A stretch of 64,000 nucleotides of DNA from positions 117,924,001 through 117,988,000 of the forward strand of contig NC_083224.1 in NCBI RefSeq assembly GCF_032191835.1, given 5' to 3'. Positions 23,853 through 37,149 of the stretch are shown in pieces; the first letter of the stretch is position 1; each line of letters begins with the position of its first letter. Under the pieces are notes generated by a model. It had not been told where the DNA came from, searched no databases, and saw nothing but the letters and a program-made list of their open reading frames with translations. The DNA is from Heteronotia binoei (Eukaryota). Made by a program: the position numbers and the translations under genes.

Positions 23853-26800
23853 TTTCATTGTTGTTCAGTCGCACAGTCGATTCCGACTCTTTGCGACCCC
23901 ATGGACAAAGTCACATCAGGCCCTCCTGTCTGCTCAAATTCGTGTTAGTTACATCAGTAATGCTGTCCAGCCATCTCATCTTTTGCAGTCCCCTTCTTCT
24001 TTTGCCTTCTATCTTTCCCAGCATCAGGATCTTCTCCAGTGAGTGCTCCCTTCTCATTTGGTGGCCAAAGTATTTGAGCTTCAGCTTCAGCATCTGACCT
24101 TCCAAGGAACAATCAGGGTTGATTTCCCTTAAGACTGACTGATTTGATCTTCTTGAAGTCCAAGGGTCTCTCAAGAGTCTTCTCTAGCACCACATCTCAA
24201 AAGCATCTATTCTTCTGTGCTCGGCCTTCCGTATAGTCAAACTCTCACAGCCATACATTACTACAGGGAATACCATCACTTTGACTATACAAACTTTTGT
24301 TAACAGGGTGATGTCTCTACTTTTTATTATACTGCCTAGGTTCACCATAGTTGTCCTCCCAAGGAGCAAACGTCTTTTAATTTCATGGTTACGGTCACCA
24401 TCTGCAGTGATTTTGGATCATAGAAATGTGAAGTCTGTCACTATTTCCACATCTTCCCCTTCTATTTGCCAAGGAGTGATGGGGCCAGATGCCATGATCT
24501 TAGTTTTTTTGATGTTGAGTTTCAAGCCTACTTTTGTGCTCTCCTCTTTCACCCTCAACAAGAGGTTCTTTAGGTCCTCCTCACTTTCTGCCATTAGAGT
24601 GGTGTCATCTGCATACCTGAGGTTGTTGATGTTTTCCCCAGCAATCTTAATTCCGGCTTGTGCTTCATCCAGGCAGGCATTTCACATGATATATTCTGCA
24701 TATAAAATAAATAAGCAGGGTGACAATATACATCCTTGTCAAACTCCTTTTCCTATTCTAAACCAATCAGTTGTTCCATATCCCGTTCTGACAGTTGCTT
24801 CTTGACCCTTATACAGGTTTCTCAGGAGACATGTGAGGTGGGCTGGTACTCCCATCTTTTTAAGGACTTGCCACAGTTTGTTCTGATCCACACAATCAAA
24901 GGCTTTAGCATAGTCAATGAAGCAGAAATAGACGTTTTTCTGATACTCCATAATCCACGAATGTTGGCAATTTGATCTCTAGTTCCTCTACCTCTCCAAA
25001 ACCCAGCTTGAACTTCTGGTAGTTCCTGATCGACACTACTGAAACCTAGCTTGTAGGATCTTTAACATGACCTGCTGGCATGTGAAATGAGTGCAATAGT
25101 GCGATAGTTTGAACATTCCTTGGCATTACCCTTCTTTGGGATTGGAATATAAACTGACCTTTTCCAATCCTGTGGCCACTGTTGCATTTTCCAAATTTGC
25201 TGACATAATGTGTGCATCACTTTAACAGCATTGTCTTTTAGAACTTTGAATAGCTCAACTGGGATACTGTCATCTCCACTTGCTTTGTTGTTAGTAATGC
25301 TTCTTGAGGCCCATTTGACTTCACACTCCAGGATGTCTGGCTCAAGATCAGTGATTTCACCATCATGGTTGTCAAGGATGTTGTATTCCTTCTTGTATAA
25401 TTCCTCAGTGTAGTCTTGCCACCTCTTCCTAATCTCTTCTGCTTCTGCTAGGTGCCTACCATTTTTGTCCTTTATCATGGCCATCTTTGCACGAAACGTT
25501 CCCTTGATTTCTCCAATTTTCTTGAAGAGATCTCTTGTCCTTCCCATTCTATTATTTTCCTCTATTGCTTTGCATTGTTCCTTCAGGAAGGCCTTCTTAT
25601 CTCTCCTTGCTGTTCTCTAGAAATCTTCATTCAGTTGGGTGAATCTTTCCTTTTCACCTTTGCCTTTCGTTTTCCTTCTTTCCTCAGCGATTGCTAAAGC
25701 CTCATCAGACAGCCACTTTGCTTTCTTGCATTTCTTTTTCTTTGGGATGGTGCTGATTGCTGCCTTCTGTACAATGTCACGAACTTCCATCCATAATTCT
25801 TCAGGCACTCTATCAACTCTAGTTCCTTTATTCTTCACCTCCACTGTATATTCATAAGGGATGTGATCAAGATCAAACCTAAATGGCCTGATGGCTTCCC
25901 CAGTTTTCTTCAGTTTAAGCCTGAATTTTGCAATGAGTAGCTCATGATCTGAGCCGCAGTCAGCTCCAGGTCTTGTTTTTGCTGACTGTAAGGAGCTTCT
26001 CCACCTTTGACTGTAGAGTATATAATCAATCTGATTCCTGTGTTGCCCATCAGGTTATGTCCACATGCAGAGTTGCCTTTTAGGTTGTTGGAAGAGGGTG
26101 TTTGCTATGACCAGCGTGTTCTCTTGATAAAACTCTATTAGTCTTTGACTGGCTTCATTTTGTTCTCCAAGGCCAAACTTGTCAGTTGTTCCAGTTACCT
26201 TTTGACTTCCTACTTTGGCATTCCAGTTCCCTATGATGAGGAGGACATCTTTTTTTGGTGTTAGTTCTAGAAGGTGTTGTAGATCTTCATAGAACTGGTC
26301 CATTTCAGCCTCTTCTGCATCAGTGGTTGGGGCATAGACTTGGATTACTGTGATATTGAAGAGTTTGCCTTGGATACGGACTGAGATCATTCTGCCATTT
26401 TTGAGATTGTATCCCATTACTGCCTTCCTCACTCTCGTGTTAACTACAAAGGCCACAGCACTTCTTCTATGGGACTCTTGCCCACAGAATAGGTGTAGTG
26501 ATCATCTGAGTTAAATTCGCCCATTCCCATCCATTTTAGCTCACTGATTCCCAAGATGTCGATGTTCAGTCTTGCCATCTCGTTTGACCACATCCAGCTT
26601 ACCTTGATTCATAAATCTTACATTCCATGTTCCAATGCAGTATTATGCTTTGCAGCATCGGACTTTCCTTTCACCATCAGACACATCCACAGCTTAGTGT
26701 CCTTTCGGCTTTGACCCAGCCACTTCACTCTTTCTGTGGTTACTTGGACTTGCCCTCTGCTCTTCCCCAGTAGCATATTGGGCACCTTCTGACCTGGGGG

Positions 26801-27297
26801 ACTCTTCCAGTGCCATATCTTTTAGCTTTTTGTAATGTACTCGATGACGAGACGTGTTGAAGGCAACATACTTTATTAGATGGTACATCACAAGAGAGAG
26901 AATGGCGGGCCGAGTCCCGATTATATCCATGCCCCAGAACAACCCTCCGTGAAGCCAGGTCCAATCCTGGTCAGTTACTTCCCACCACAGATCTTGATTG
27001 GTGGTGCGTATTAGCGAGCTACATCCGGGGACCAGTGGGGTTCCACTGGTTGCCTCTGTAGCGTGCGCTGTGCTGTACATAGAGATTAGAATGCAGGACA
27101 TAACACTTTTGTTACTGCCCATGGGGTTTTTTTGGCAAGGATACTGGAGTGGGTTGCCATTTCCTTCTCCAGTGGATCACATTTTGTCTGGGTTCTCAGC
27201 TGTGGCCTGTCCATCTTGGGTAGCCCTGCATAGCATAGCCCACAGGCTCACTGAACCGTGCAAGCCTTCTTGCCACATCAAGACAGCAATCTATTAG
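23853..27297 (-). mobile_element. Near full-length degenerate RTE-BovB
   Basis: BovB endonuclease (ISVRIQGK.FNITVIQVYAPT), linker (GRTRDLFKKIGEIKG), RT (FCFIDYAKAFDCVD, NLRYADDTTLMAE) and 3' end are all present, with multiple stops. Confidence 0.93.
26831..27105 (-). mobile_element. Short solo LTR (275 bp) nested in the BovB 5' region
   Basis: TG...CA termini and a 5-bp TSD CTTTT, with AATAAA on the minus strand near 26875. It interrupts the BovB sequence TTTAGCTTTT|GTTACTGCCC. Confidence 0.8.
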
Positions 27298-27576
27298 GGG
27301 ACACTGCTTGTTACTTACTTGCAGTTATCAGAGTCTTGTTGCTGAGAACAAATGAAGCATCCATCAGCGCTGCTCTGGTGTTTCTTCCCTCCTACCTTGC
27401 CAAAGTAGCATGGGTTGTATCAACCAATCCCTAATGCTTCACCAGCTGGCAAGTGCAGATACTCTTCCTTGTAGAAGCAGCTGCTGCCCACACATAGCCT
27501 GTAGCCCAGCTACTACATCCTCTCCTGGCTTGGCCAGCTTTGCTGAGACCATGCCATTCAGAAAGGAGAGAGAAGG

Positions 27577-27834
27577 CAGGGCTGTCTTAATGCATGGGCC
27601 TGATGGGCACTTGCCCGTGGGCACCATGAGCATAGGGGCCCTATACTAATCTGTGTATGATGCAGTACTAATAACCAAGTATTGATAGTTTGTGAATATA
27701 TGAATGAATAAGCTTTTTATTTGTGCAATTTACATTTGTGCAACCATTTACGTTTTTATTCCTGTGAGTAGTTATCATAGGGGCCCAGTACACTGCTTTG
27801 CCCGGGGCCCATAATGCTGTTAAGACGTTCTCTG
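27577..27834. mobile_element. hAT-type MITE (CAGGGC.GTCTTAA family)
   Basis: Imperfect TIRs CAGGGCTGTCTTAA / TTAAGACGTTCTC(TG), with GAGAAGG repeated at both flanks. Confidence 0.6.
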
Positions 27835-28289
27835 AGAAGGCTGGCTTCTGAGGACTATAAGGTTGGGTATATTCCAGGGCTTCAAAACTGGTAAATGACC
27901 CCTAGATCTAATAGCATTGCCATTCTCATTTTCCACGGAGTACCCAAGACACAGGGGAAGAGAAATTTCAGAGAAATTGAAAGATAGGAGGCACATTGAT
28001 GAAGCCTTGATTGAAGCCCTGTCCTCCCACTCCGCCCCGAATTCTGAAAGCAAGCAAGACAGCATGTGTTGTTGATGGTGCTGAGGATGTGTGATACTAG
28101 TATTCATAGACTTTTACATTTCTAGTTTTCACAGCGGTCAGTTTTAAACTTGCCTTTCTGAGTTCAAATCAGACCTACCCATATTATACATTTAATCTTC
28201 CTCCTCTCGGCCCTAATACCAGCCAATGGATTTAGAACAGGAGTGGGGAACCTCCATCCTGTTCACTTGGTGTGGCCCTCAGGGATTGC

Positions 28290-28460
28290 TGAACCGAACC
28301 GAGCCATGTGGCAGCCTCCTTGGGGCCTGGCTGGCCAGCAAGGATCATGGGGCCCAGCCGTGCTGTGCTGCAGCCTCCCCAGGGCCAGGCAAGGATCACA
28401 GGGCCCAGATGTACTGTGCGGCAGCCTCCCTGGGGCCTGGCTGGCTGGCTAGAATTGCTG
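28290..28460. repeat. GC-rich tandem repeat, about 3 diverged copies, within a hAT-like element
   Basis: The unit GCAGCCTCC..GGGGCCTGGCTGGC..GCAAGGATCA..GGGCCCAG is repeated. Confidence 0.6.
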
Positions 28461-28625
28461 CAGGGCCTGAAAAAGTTACTGTCACAGTTCAGTTTGCACT
28501 TGATTATCCCAGATGGTATGGCCTAATATGCTAATGAGTGTGTAACCTAATATGCTAATATTAGGGGATGTGGTCTAATATGCTGAGTTCTTGCTGGGCT
28601 TTTTCTGCAAAGAAGTCCTGGACCT

Positions 28626-29943
28626 TGTAAGCCAAAATGCCTTCAAAACGAGGTTGGGGAACTGACAGGTGGGCACCTGGCTTAAAAAGGATCTTTGAAT
28701 CTATGTATACAGGATACACGTCCAGAAATTATTGCTTAAATTCACCAGGGACACTAGTTAAGTAAAAACAATTAAAATTTATTATAGAAAAATATAGAAC
28801 ACACATACAATAAACTAATAAAAAATACATACAGTCCTAAGAAAAAGAGAGAGATGTGGAGATAACAAAAGGTGGGCAAACAGGGTGATAACTACCAATT
28901 GTAGTCTTCAAGGAAGGCTCCAATGGCAACTAACAAAGACTAGGGGGAGGGTACCCTCAACTGGCCAAGAATTGGGGATGTATCTAGACAGCTGAACTGG
29001 GGTACTGCTAGATGCACACCTGTGAGGAGCTGGACTACAGGTTATAAGGACTACCTTGAGCCCTTAGGGGATGGGAGGTACAGGGGCGGATGACAGTGGT
29101 CAGCTGGTACATGACCTCAGAAAAAGGGGAGGCTGGACATATGCAGTAGCCAATAGCCAGTTAATTGGTGGTCCCTGATTGGATGCTCATAGCTAGCCAA
29201 TGAGCAGACTTGACCTTAGTTACCTGATTGGACTTTCAGGTAACAATGGGCCAAGGGGGAGGCTCCAGGATGACCATTAAGAGAAAGAATGGGAAAAATT
29301 GTTTAGGTGGGGGGTACTTGAGTCTATCAAACTTATCTAAAAAGGTGACAATAGATGGCCAAATTGCTACCTAGGTCTAAATACCTGGTCTTTTCAAAGA
29401 AACTTGGCTCTGGGTGAAGATGTTCTTCCTCCTCTTCGATCTTCTATTGGCACCAGTCTTTGTCTTGAGTTCTGTTGGACAAAGGCTTAGGTGGTCTGGC
29501 AGGATCCACACCTAAGATAAGTTTGATGGCTTTATGCATGGGTGACATCTGTTTGAGTACGTGAGCCTCCCGCTTCGCTGTTATGGAGTCTGGCACTGCA
29601 GGAAGATAGCTGCTGGTGGTGTTAGCCTCCCAAGATGGATTCTATGGTTGAGGCTGGAAACCACTTGCCTGGACAGTTCCTGGCAGCGTGCCTTCTTCCG
29701 CTGCTATAGCCAAGATGGGGATCGCACGGAGCGACTGGAAACCATCTGTTCTCCTGGTTAGCACTCCTCCAGAGACACGGAGTGCTGCTGCACCTTTGTG
29801 GCTGTTAGTACTCATAAGTCCCTTTCAGTTTGTTAGACAAAATCCACGTTCTCCTGGTAGATGTGTGTGAGTTGAGTCTCCAGGCACCCTGGCAACCAAG
29901 TGGGTGACTACGATGTTCTGGAATTAGGGGTATTTTTCTCACA
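28626..29943. mobile_element. Long solo LTR (about 1.3 kb), ERV-like
   Basis: TG...CA termini (TGTAAG...CTCACA) with a 4-bp TSD ACCT. No ORF. Confidence 0.6.
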
Positions 29944-31241
29944 ACCTATGTCTAGGGTGGTGGGCCGGGTATGTGCATGTGTGTGTGTTCCAGATTAGGC
30001 TCTCCCCACATGACTTTAAATAGAAAAACAATTATTTGCATTAATTTTGCTGGCCTGAATCATTCTCCCTCAACAGAGCACTGTTTTTTAAGTTGATAAT
30101 TTTTTATGGCCCACGAATGATGTTATAAATATCCATATGGCCCTTGGCAGAAAAACGGTTTCCCACCCCTGATTTAGAAGGATGTAATTCAGTTTAGGAT
30201 TAAGGATCTTGCAGCCACTCATTCAACTCATGCCCCATTCACAAGTTGTACATAGGGAGTGATTTTTAAAATTATCGTTATGACTGTGTATCCACCTGTT
30301 TGTGCCTGTTTGGCCAGTAGTCTCACTATATTCCTCCCTAACATTGCAGTACAGAGCAATCAATTTATCTTGCAATTGTGGTCTCCATTTTGCATGCATG
30401 CACTAAAAGACTTTTTGAGGACATGAAAATCAGTGAAAGTGTGCAGTAATGTTTTAACAACTAATGATCACAATTTATGATTTCCCAGCTTTTACTTTAA
30501 AAATAAGTAGCATTTTTCCTTGCAAAATTATAGGGAGAAATGTATGCAGCTCTGCCCCCCTCCCCCCAGAGCCTATAAATCATAAAGTGGTTAGACATAG
30601 TAGAAAATAGGGTGCTATATATTCTGTTTTGCTCCAGAGGCTATATCTAACTGCTAATATTAGTGGACAAATCCCCAGAGCCACTGTTAAATGCACCATG
30701 TATTTCTCCAGACCTCCAAGTTAAATTATTGCAATAGCTCCATCATCTCATCAGAGGTGTTGGACTTTAATATTCTAAACTTCAGATAATGAACTAAAAT
30801 GACACTGCCATATCACCTATCCTGGTCAGTAAAATACAATAGCCCCTATATACGGTCCTGCGATTTTTCAGCTACCTAGTGCTGTAGATGCTACCCCTTA
30901 TTCCATTCTCTGTACTCCCCAGGATTGGAGGAGATGTGATCAGGCTGAAAAGAACTATAAGTGCAACCACAGTCCTCCTCCTCCTTTGCTTCCACTTTTC
31001 CTCCATGTTATGTATGTGAACTCAAGGGAAGACTTTGGGTGTTCTGGCCTGGCTCATTGGAGCCATACGGACTGAGCTTGGGAACAATGGGCTGCAGGAT
31101 CCAAATCTCTGTCACCCTGGACCAATCACAAGACCTCGTGGGTTTGAATGACCCAATAACGTGCTTGCATGGGAACCCAGGGATGTATATAAATTTGGCC
31201 CCGTTGGCCTAGTTCTCAGTCTTGTTGTACAGCTATCTACT

Positions 31242-31858
31242 CTCTCTCGGCTTGACTTCGCGAACGAAGATTTAAGAAGGGTGCAGTAGTCCACGTCTGC
31301 TGCAGGCTCGCTGGTGGCTGACAAGACCAATGCGGGACAGGCAGGTCCGGCCACAGTGGCTGCAGGGAAAAGTCTGATTTGGGGTTGGTGCTGTAGCAGT
31401 ACGATTCTTCCTCAATCTCCTTTTGTCCTCAAGACCAGCTATGCGTGCGTTCTCAAAGGAAGAGACAGCCTGGTGGATGGTGTGCCTCCATGCTTTGCGA
31501 TCTAAGGCTAGGTCAGACCACTGGTGATGGTTGATGCGACAGGTGCCAAGGGATTTCTTCAAGGAGTCCTTGTACCTCTTCTTTGGTGCCCCTCTATTTC
31601 GATGGCCGATGGAAAGTTCGCCATACAGGGCAATCTTGGGAAGGCGGTGGTTTTCCATCCTAGAAATATGCCCTGCCCAGCGCAGCTGCGTCTTCAACAG
31701 CAGTGCCTCGATGCTTGTAACCTCCGCCCTCTTGAGGACTTCAGTGTTGGTCACAAAGTCACTCCAGTGGATGTTGAGGATGGTGCAAAGGCAGCGCTGA
31801 TGAAAGCGCTCAAGGAGTCGCAGGTGATGATGGTATAAAACCCACGATTCGGAGCCGG
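31242..31858 (-). mobile_element. 5'-truncated RTE-clade LINE (non-BovB, RTE-1-like), young
   Basis: Open C-terminal ORF2 (LERFHQRCL..IL.IHW..FVTNTEVL...QLRWAGH..RM, ending in CSHCGRTCLSRIGLVSHQRAC), with an 11-bp TSD AGCTATCTACT (31231-31241 and 31859-31869). Confidence 0.9.
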
Positions 31859-32989
31859 AGCTATCTACTATGTCGTACTTATTAAAGAGCTTGTTATCAC
31901 TTATCTTGCGGCTCATCAATGCATAGAACCCACCATACAGTACTCCTCCTCCTCCTCTTCTTGTTATATAACTCCCTCTTGGTGCCATATTATATGTTCC
32001 AACCTCTCTCTTTCCATAATGTGACGCTTAACAGGGGACAGTTGACATTTAATGAGAGGACTCTGACTTCAGATAAGAGAAAGAGATGCTGTCTTCACTA
32101 GATGTAGAAAATGTTGTCTGTGCCCCATGCTTCCAAAATTACAATTCCCTAAGGGGCATTTGTTAAATCAGACAAGAGAAGTGTCTTCAGCATACCAACA
32201 CAGAGAAGAGTGAAGTGTGGCTACTATGCAAAAATAGCCAAGGAGGCTATAATTAGCATGATTACTTAGGCAGAATTAGATTTTTCTAAATACTTCAGAT
32301 TTCAGTTGATTGAATGTAAACGGGCTGTCATCTTATGAAATGTGTAAAGCAAGAAGTACTCCAGAGCAAAAATCAACTAAGAAAAAACCCTTTTTCACTG
32401 GTGGAAAGCACCCTTACGGTTCACCCTCATGACACTGTGGGGTTTAAATGGAAAACTTTCTGTGTAGGTAGATTATCTCACACCCATCCACACACCACCA
32501 TCCCAGTTATACCAAATGTTGTGAAAAACCATAATGAAGTCTGACTATATTTATACTCTCATGAAAAAATGCATCAAGTAAGTGTAGGGCATTATGAATG
32601 TGGTGATAGTCTATGGTAATCATTGCATCAAGTAAGAGATGCAGTGATCAGAATGACATACTGGTAGTTTGTGTTGGTTCAGTCTCGATCATACATTAGC
32701 GGTTATACATTAGCACACTGTTTCTAGCTTGTGTAGCTGAAAGAGAATAAGTATCCAATGGACCTGAGAGTTCAAAAGCAGACATAATTTTTTGCTGTTC
32801 CAGTCTCTTGCATACAGCAGAGTTTATGGCAATTCATCCTAGTGTGCTTTAAATGTGGTTGGTAACTCACATTTCAAGATGAATTCACTTCTTAAAAGAA
32901 AAAGTCTTGCTGATTCACAATGTTCATCTAACCCGCTATGAGTGAAAACTCATCTGCTCCTGAAAAGAGTGATTACAATATGGAATTCA

Positions 32990-33247
32990 CTGCCAGAGGA
33001 TGTAGTGATGGCCACAGGAATAAACAGCTTTAAAAGGGGATTAGATAGGGGATTAAGTCTATCAATTCGTATTAGTGGGATTAAATCTATCAATGGTTAT
33101 CAATTAGATTAGGGGATTAAGTCTATCAATGGCTACTAGCCATGGTAACTGAGGGGAACCTCCTCATTCAGATGCACTAAGTCCCTGGATCCCAGAGTCA
33201 GGAGGCAACATCAGAGGAAGGCCTTAGCCTCTATGCTCTGTTGTTGG
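32990..33247 (+). mobile_element. CR1 3' fragment, continuing at 34216-34300 after the L2 insertion
   Basis: GAGGATGTAGTGATGGCCACAGG..TTTAAAAGGGGATTAGAT CR1 terminal motif, with an internal tandem triplication of GGGATTAAGTCTATCAAT-like sequence. Confidence 0.65.
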
Positions 33248-34215
33248 TAGGTAGGTAGGTAGGTAATTTTATTTATATCCCGCCCTCCCCGCCGGAGCAG
33301 GCTCAGGGCGGCTAACAACATCATTCAGTTTCCCTTATACAAAAGACAAGGTTACATTAACATTAAACATTAAAAATTCTGATAAGTTTAAAATCACTTA
33401 ATTAAGTTGATAAAAGTGCTAATGCTAGTTGTGCTTTTATAATGGCGGTAATCATTAGCAATTTCTTTCTTCGTCAGCGAAAGCCAGTCGGAAGAGGAAG
33501 GTCTTGCAGGCCCTGCGGAATTGTTCAAGGTCCCGCAGGGCCCGCATTTCCTCTGGAAGTTGGTTCCATAGGTTCGGGGCTGCAGAGGAGAAGGCCCGGT
33601 TACGGGTACATTGCAGCTTCACCTCTTTCGGTCCGGGGGTGGTCAACAAGTTTTTTCCAGCTGACCTCAGTGCTCTCTGGGGTTCGTATGGGGAGAGACG
33701 GTCCCTAAGGTAGACAGGTCCTCGACCATATAGGGCTTTAAAGGTAATGACCAGCACTTTGTAACGAACCCGGTATGTAACTGGCAGCCAGTGCAGCTCG
33801 CGCAGCCCAGGCTGTATGTGCTCCCATTTAGGGAGCCCCAACAACAGTCTGGCCGCTGCGTTCTGCACCAGCTGCAGCTTCCGGGTTCGGTACAGAGGCA
33901 GCCCCATGTAGAGGGCATTACAGTAATCCAGTCTCGAGGTGACCGTTGCGTGAAGTACCGTTGCCAGGTCTTGGCGCTCTAGGAAGGGAGCCAACTGCCT
34001 TGCCCGCCTCAGGTGAAAAAAGGCTGACTTGGAAGTGGCTGCAATCTGGGCCTCCATTGATAAAGAAGGCTCCAGTAAAACTCCCAGACTCCTGACCCGG
34101 TGCGCCGCTTTCAGTGGCGCCCCGTCGAAGACCGGGAGAGGTATTTCCCCTTCCCGGGCGCCCCGACCCAGACAAAGGACTTCTGTCTTCGCTGGATTCA
34201 ATTTCAGCCTTTCAA
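33248..34215 (-). mobile_element. 5'-truncated young L2 LINE
   Basis: Uninterrupted 248-aa ORF2 C-terminus (33455-34201), a (TACC)n tail and a 7-bp TSD TTGTTGG. Confidence 0.9.
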
Positions 34216-37149
34216 TTGTTGGCCCTCCAGAAGAACTGGTTGGCCACTGTGTGAGACAGGATGCTGGACCTGATAGACCACTGGTCTGATCCAGTAGGAC
34301 TCTTCTTAAGTTCTTCTGGAGAAGACAAAAGCAAAAGGAGAATTCAAGATATGCCCTGTTGGATCAGTCCATTGTCTGGTTTCCAATGGTGGCAGTCAAT
34401 TCCTGCTTCTAGAAAGCCGATAGACTGAGCATGAGGATAACATTCCCCTCACCACCTTTTGCCATCTTCCATCCAGCATCTAGCACTGCCTCTGAAACTG
34501 GAGCTTCTCATGTATCAATTTAACTATCTCCAGCCTGGTAAATTTTAATACCCCATCCGCAGCTGTACTTCAGACTGTCATCTAGGACAAGACCAAACAA
34601 GATTTGGATACAGAGGCTTCAGTTATATGGACAAATCCTTTACTCACTGAATCACAGCAAACATTTCATCCATCTGAGCTGGCAGACCTTGTGTTGGAAG
34701 GTGGTGATGATGACACCACACTCATTTTGGCACCACATCCAGTATCCACCAGGTCAAGTTCAACCATGAATAGATCCACAAGCCAAGCTCGCTGATCAAT
34801 GACAGCTGGCCCTTAACAGACAGCCATCTGACAATCAGCTGTCCTGAGTGCAGGAAAGGAGAGTATTAGGGGAGAGACTGGACCCAAGGTCTCAATCTTT
34901 TAAAGCTTGGCCTCATTTCCAAGGGACTTCTGTAGTGAGAGGCCATTGGGCATGCCCCAGACCTAACTAGGGCCTCTGAAAGGCTTGAGGGCAGAAGCTG
35001 AGGAGGACATGCTAGTTTTATCTTTCAACTCAGAAAGGAGTAGAGCTAGGGAAGAAGTAAAGTAGAGTGTTACTCAGTCCCCACTCCTCTCACTTTGAGG
35101 ACAAGGGAAGATATTTCAGCCAAGTTGGACCCTGGTGCACACCAGCAGTGACCCAGGATCCAACACATTCTTACAGCTATTAAGTTTTGGGCTTGTCCTT
35201 ATTTTTCCAGCTTGGTGGGCCAAACATTGTGTAAGACTCATTTTAGAAATGAGTATGTATAAAAACTAGGCCAACACAGAACATCCTGATGACACCAAAG
35301 TAATGTTTGTCAAAAGTAATACAGGGGAGGTTAGTACTCAAAATATCCCATACAAAAGAAGCTGGAATGGAGCCCTAATTAGGGAAAGGGGGAGGTTATT
35401 ACTACAAATACTTGTTATGTTCAGATACACCTCACACAAAAACAGCTACAGTATTAACCTAATTGTGCAGCTTTTCTTGATGCAAGATTAAATTATTCCC
35501 TTTTCACTACTATTGACTCTGCAAGCAAGCAGTCATTTTCCCCCGGCATGAAAAAGAAGTTTGAATAAGCTCAATACTAACAAAGTCGAATACTGTTTAG
35601 GAAAAAAAAGACTTGCACATGGCATTAGCCATGCTGCATCAGTCCCATTTCATACCAAATATATCTAGGCAACAAGCTTCAAAGATGGGGCAAAATGAAG
35701 CAAATGTAGTCCAGGTTTTCTTGGGAGACTTGCAACCTTTTGATTTGCCTATCAAGCACCAAAACAGAAGGTACAATTTAGAAGGCACAAAGGACATTTT
35801 TAGAGCTCATGTGACTCATCCTCAGGAAAATCTATATAATTGGCTGTTGTGAGATATTTAAAATAAAACTATGTTGCTCCTTTTAAATTATATTTGTAAT
35901 CAAAGTTTCAGGTTCACAAAGCCAAATTAGAAAATTGATTTTGCCTGGCTTGTAATGCCATTTTCTTTCACAATGAACGCCATGTTTGAAACACTGACAG
36001 TTTGTTCAGAAGTTGCAATTAAGCTTGATGGGAATCTTGGCCCTATGCTACTGAAATTCCTGTGTTGCCTGTACTGATCCCTGAAACAGCTTTCTTGCAA
36101 GAAACATAAAGCAAGCATCAGCTCTGACCCATGATTAACAAAAACTAGGGTCTAAATGGGGGGTTTGGAGGGCTTCTTTCTCTCCGCCCCCCCCCCCCCC
36201 GGACCAGCTGGCTGGTGGAGAAAACCCCTCTCCTAAACAGGGATGTCACCGTGCAATGTTCCTTATGCAAAGACATAATCTGGAAAGGATGTCATCCTGT
36301 CGGTGATGCTACATGGGGACATTCTAGATTTGGGGGCAGAACTCCATGGTTTGAGGGCAAATTTACCATAGAATTTCTCCCAAAATCCAGAGTGTCACCC
36401 CCCACCCCCCATGTTGCCCACACAATGACATAACTTCTGGATGATGTTAACACTTTGCATGATGTCCTCACCCACCCCTGGAATGCTCCCAAATCCTCCC
36501 ACCAGAGTGACAATGGGACCTTGCAACCCTAACAAAAACTATTTAGTCATACACAACTACATGAGCATTTTCCTGTGCACTTATGGCCCCACAAGAACTG
36601 TACTGGGGAATGGCAGGAGGACACAATCATTCACTACTTCTTAATTATCCTGCAGGTTCTGCTGTGTCCATAGTATGAATATTAGAATGTAAAAAGCAAA
36701 GTCTTTCCCATTGTAATTTCTTGCTCACCTCAGTTTATGTGACCAGCATCAAATAAAACCTCTGTGTATTTAATTAAAGAAGAACTAGGACTGGTAAATC
36801 TAGCAGCCCTGTAGCTTCAAACCCTGTTTTAGAAAAGGAATAAGATGCTGCAAACATTCTATATGAGAAAAATCTCCTTTTGTGAGATGTCATCAGGAGA
36901 CAATATATTCTGCTTGATAATTATGTACTTCTGCATAATCATGTAGCATTATATACAAAATCACCACACTGCAGAGAAGAAAACAGCCTGAAATGCTAAT
37001 TAGTTCCAAAATTAACAGTGACTTGATTTAATGTTGAATAAAGGTTTGCAGCTTTAATTTCAGAGAGAGCTCAAAATAGTCACATGGTATGTTTTAAATA
37101 ACTCAGCACATCTTGTATACGGTGCACAACACTGTCATATTTTAAAAAA

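Noticed and set aside
31272-31988. 238-aa ORF appearing to fuse a novel N-terminus to RTE ORF2
   Set aside because: The TSD shows the RTE ends at 31858. The extra N-terminal codons are flanking DNA that happens to be open.
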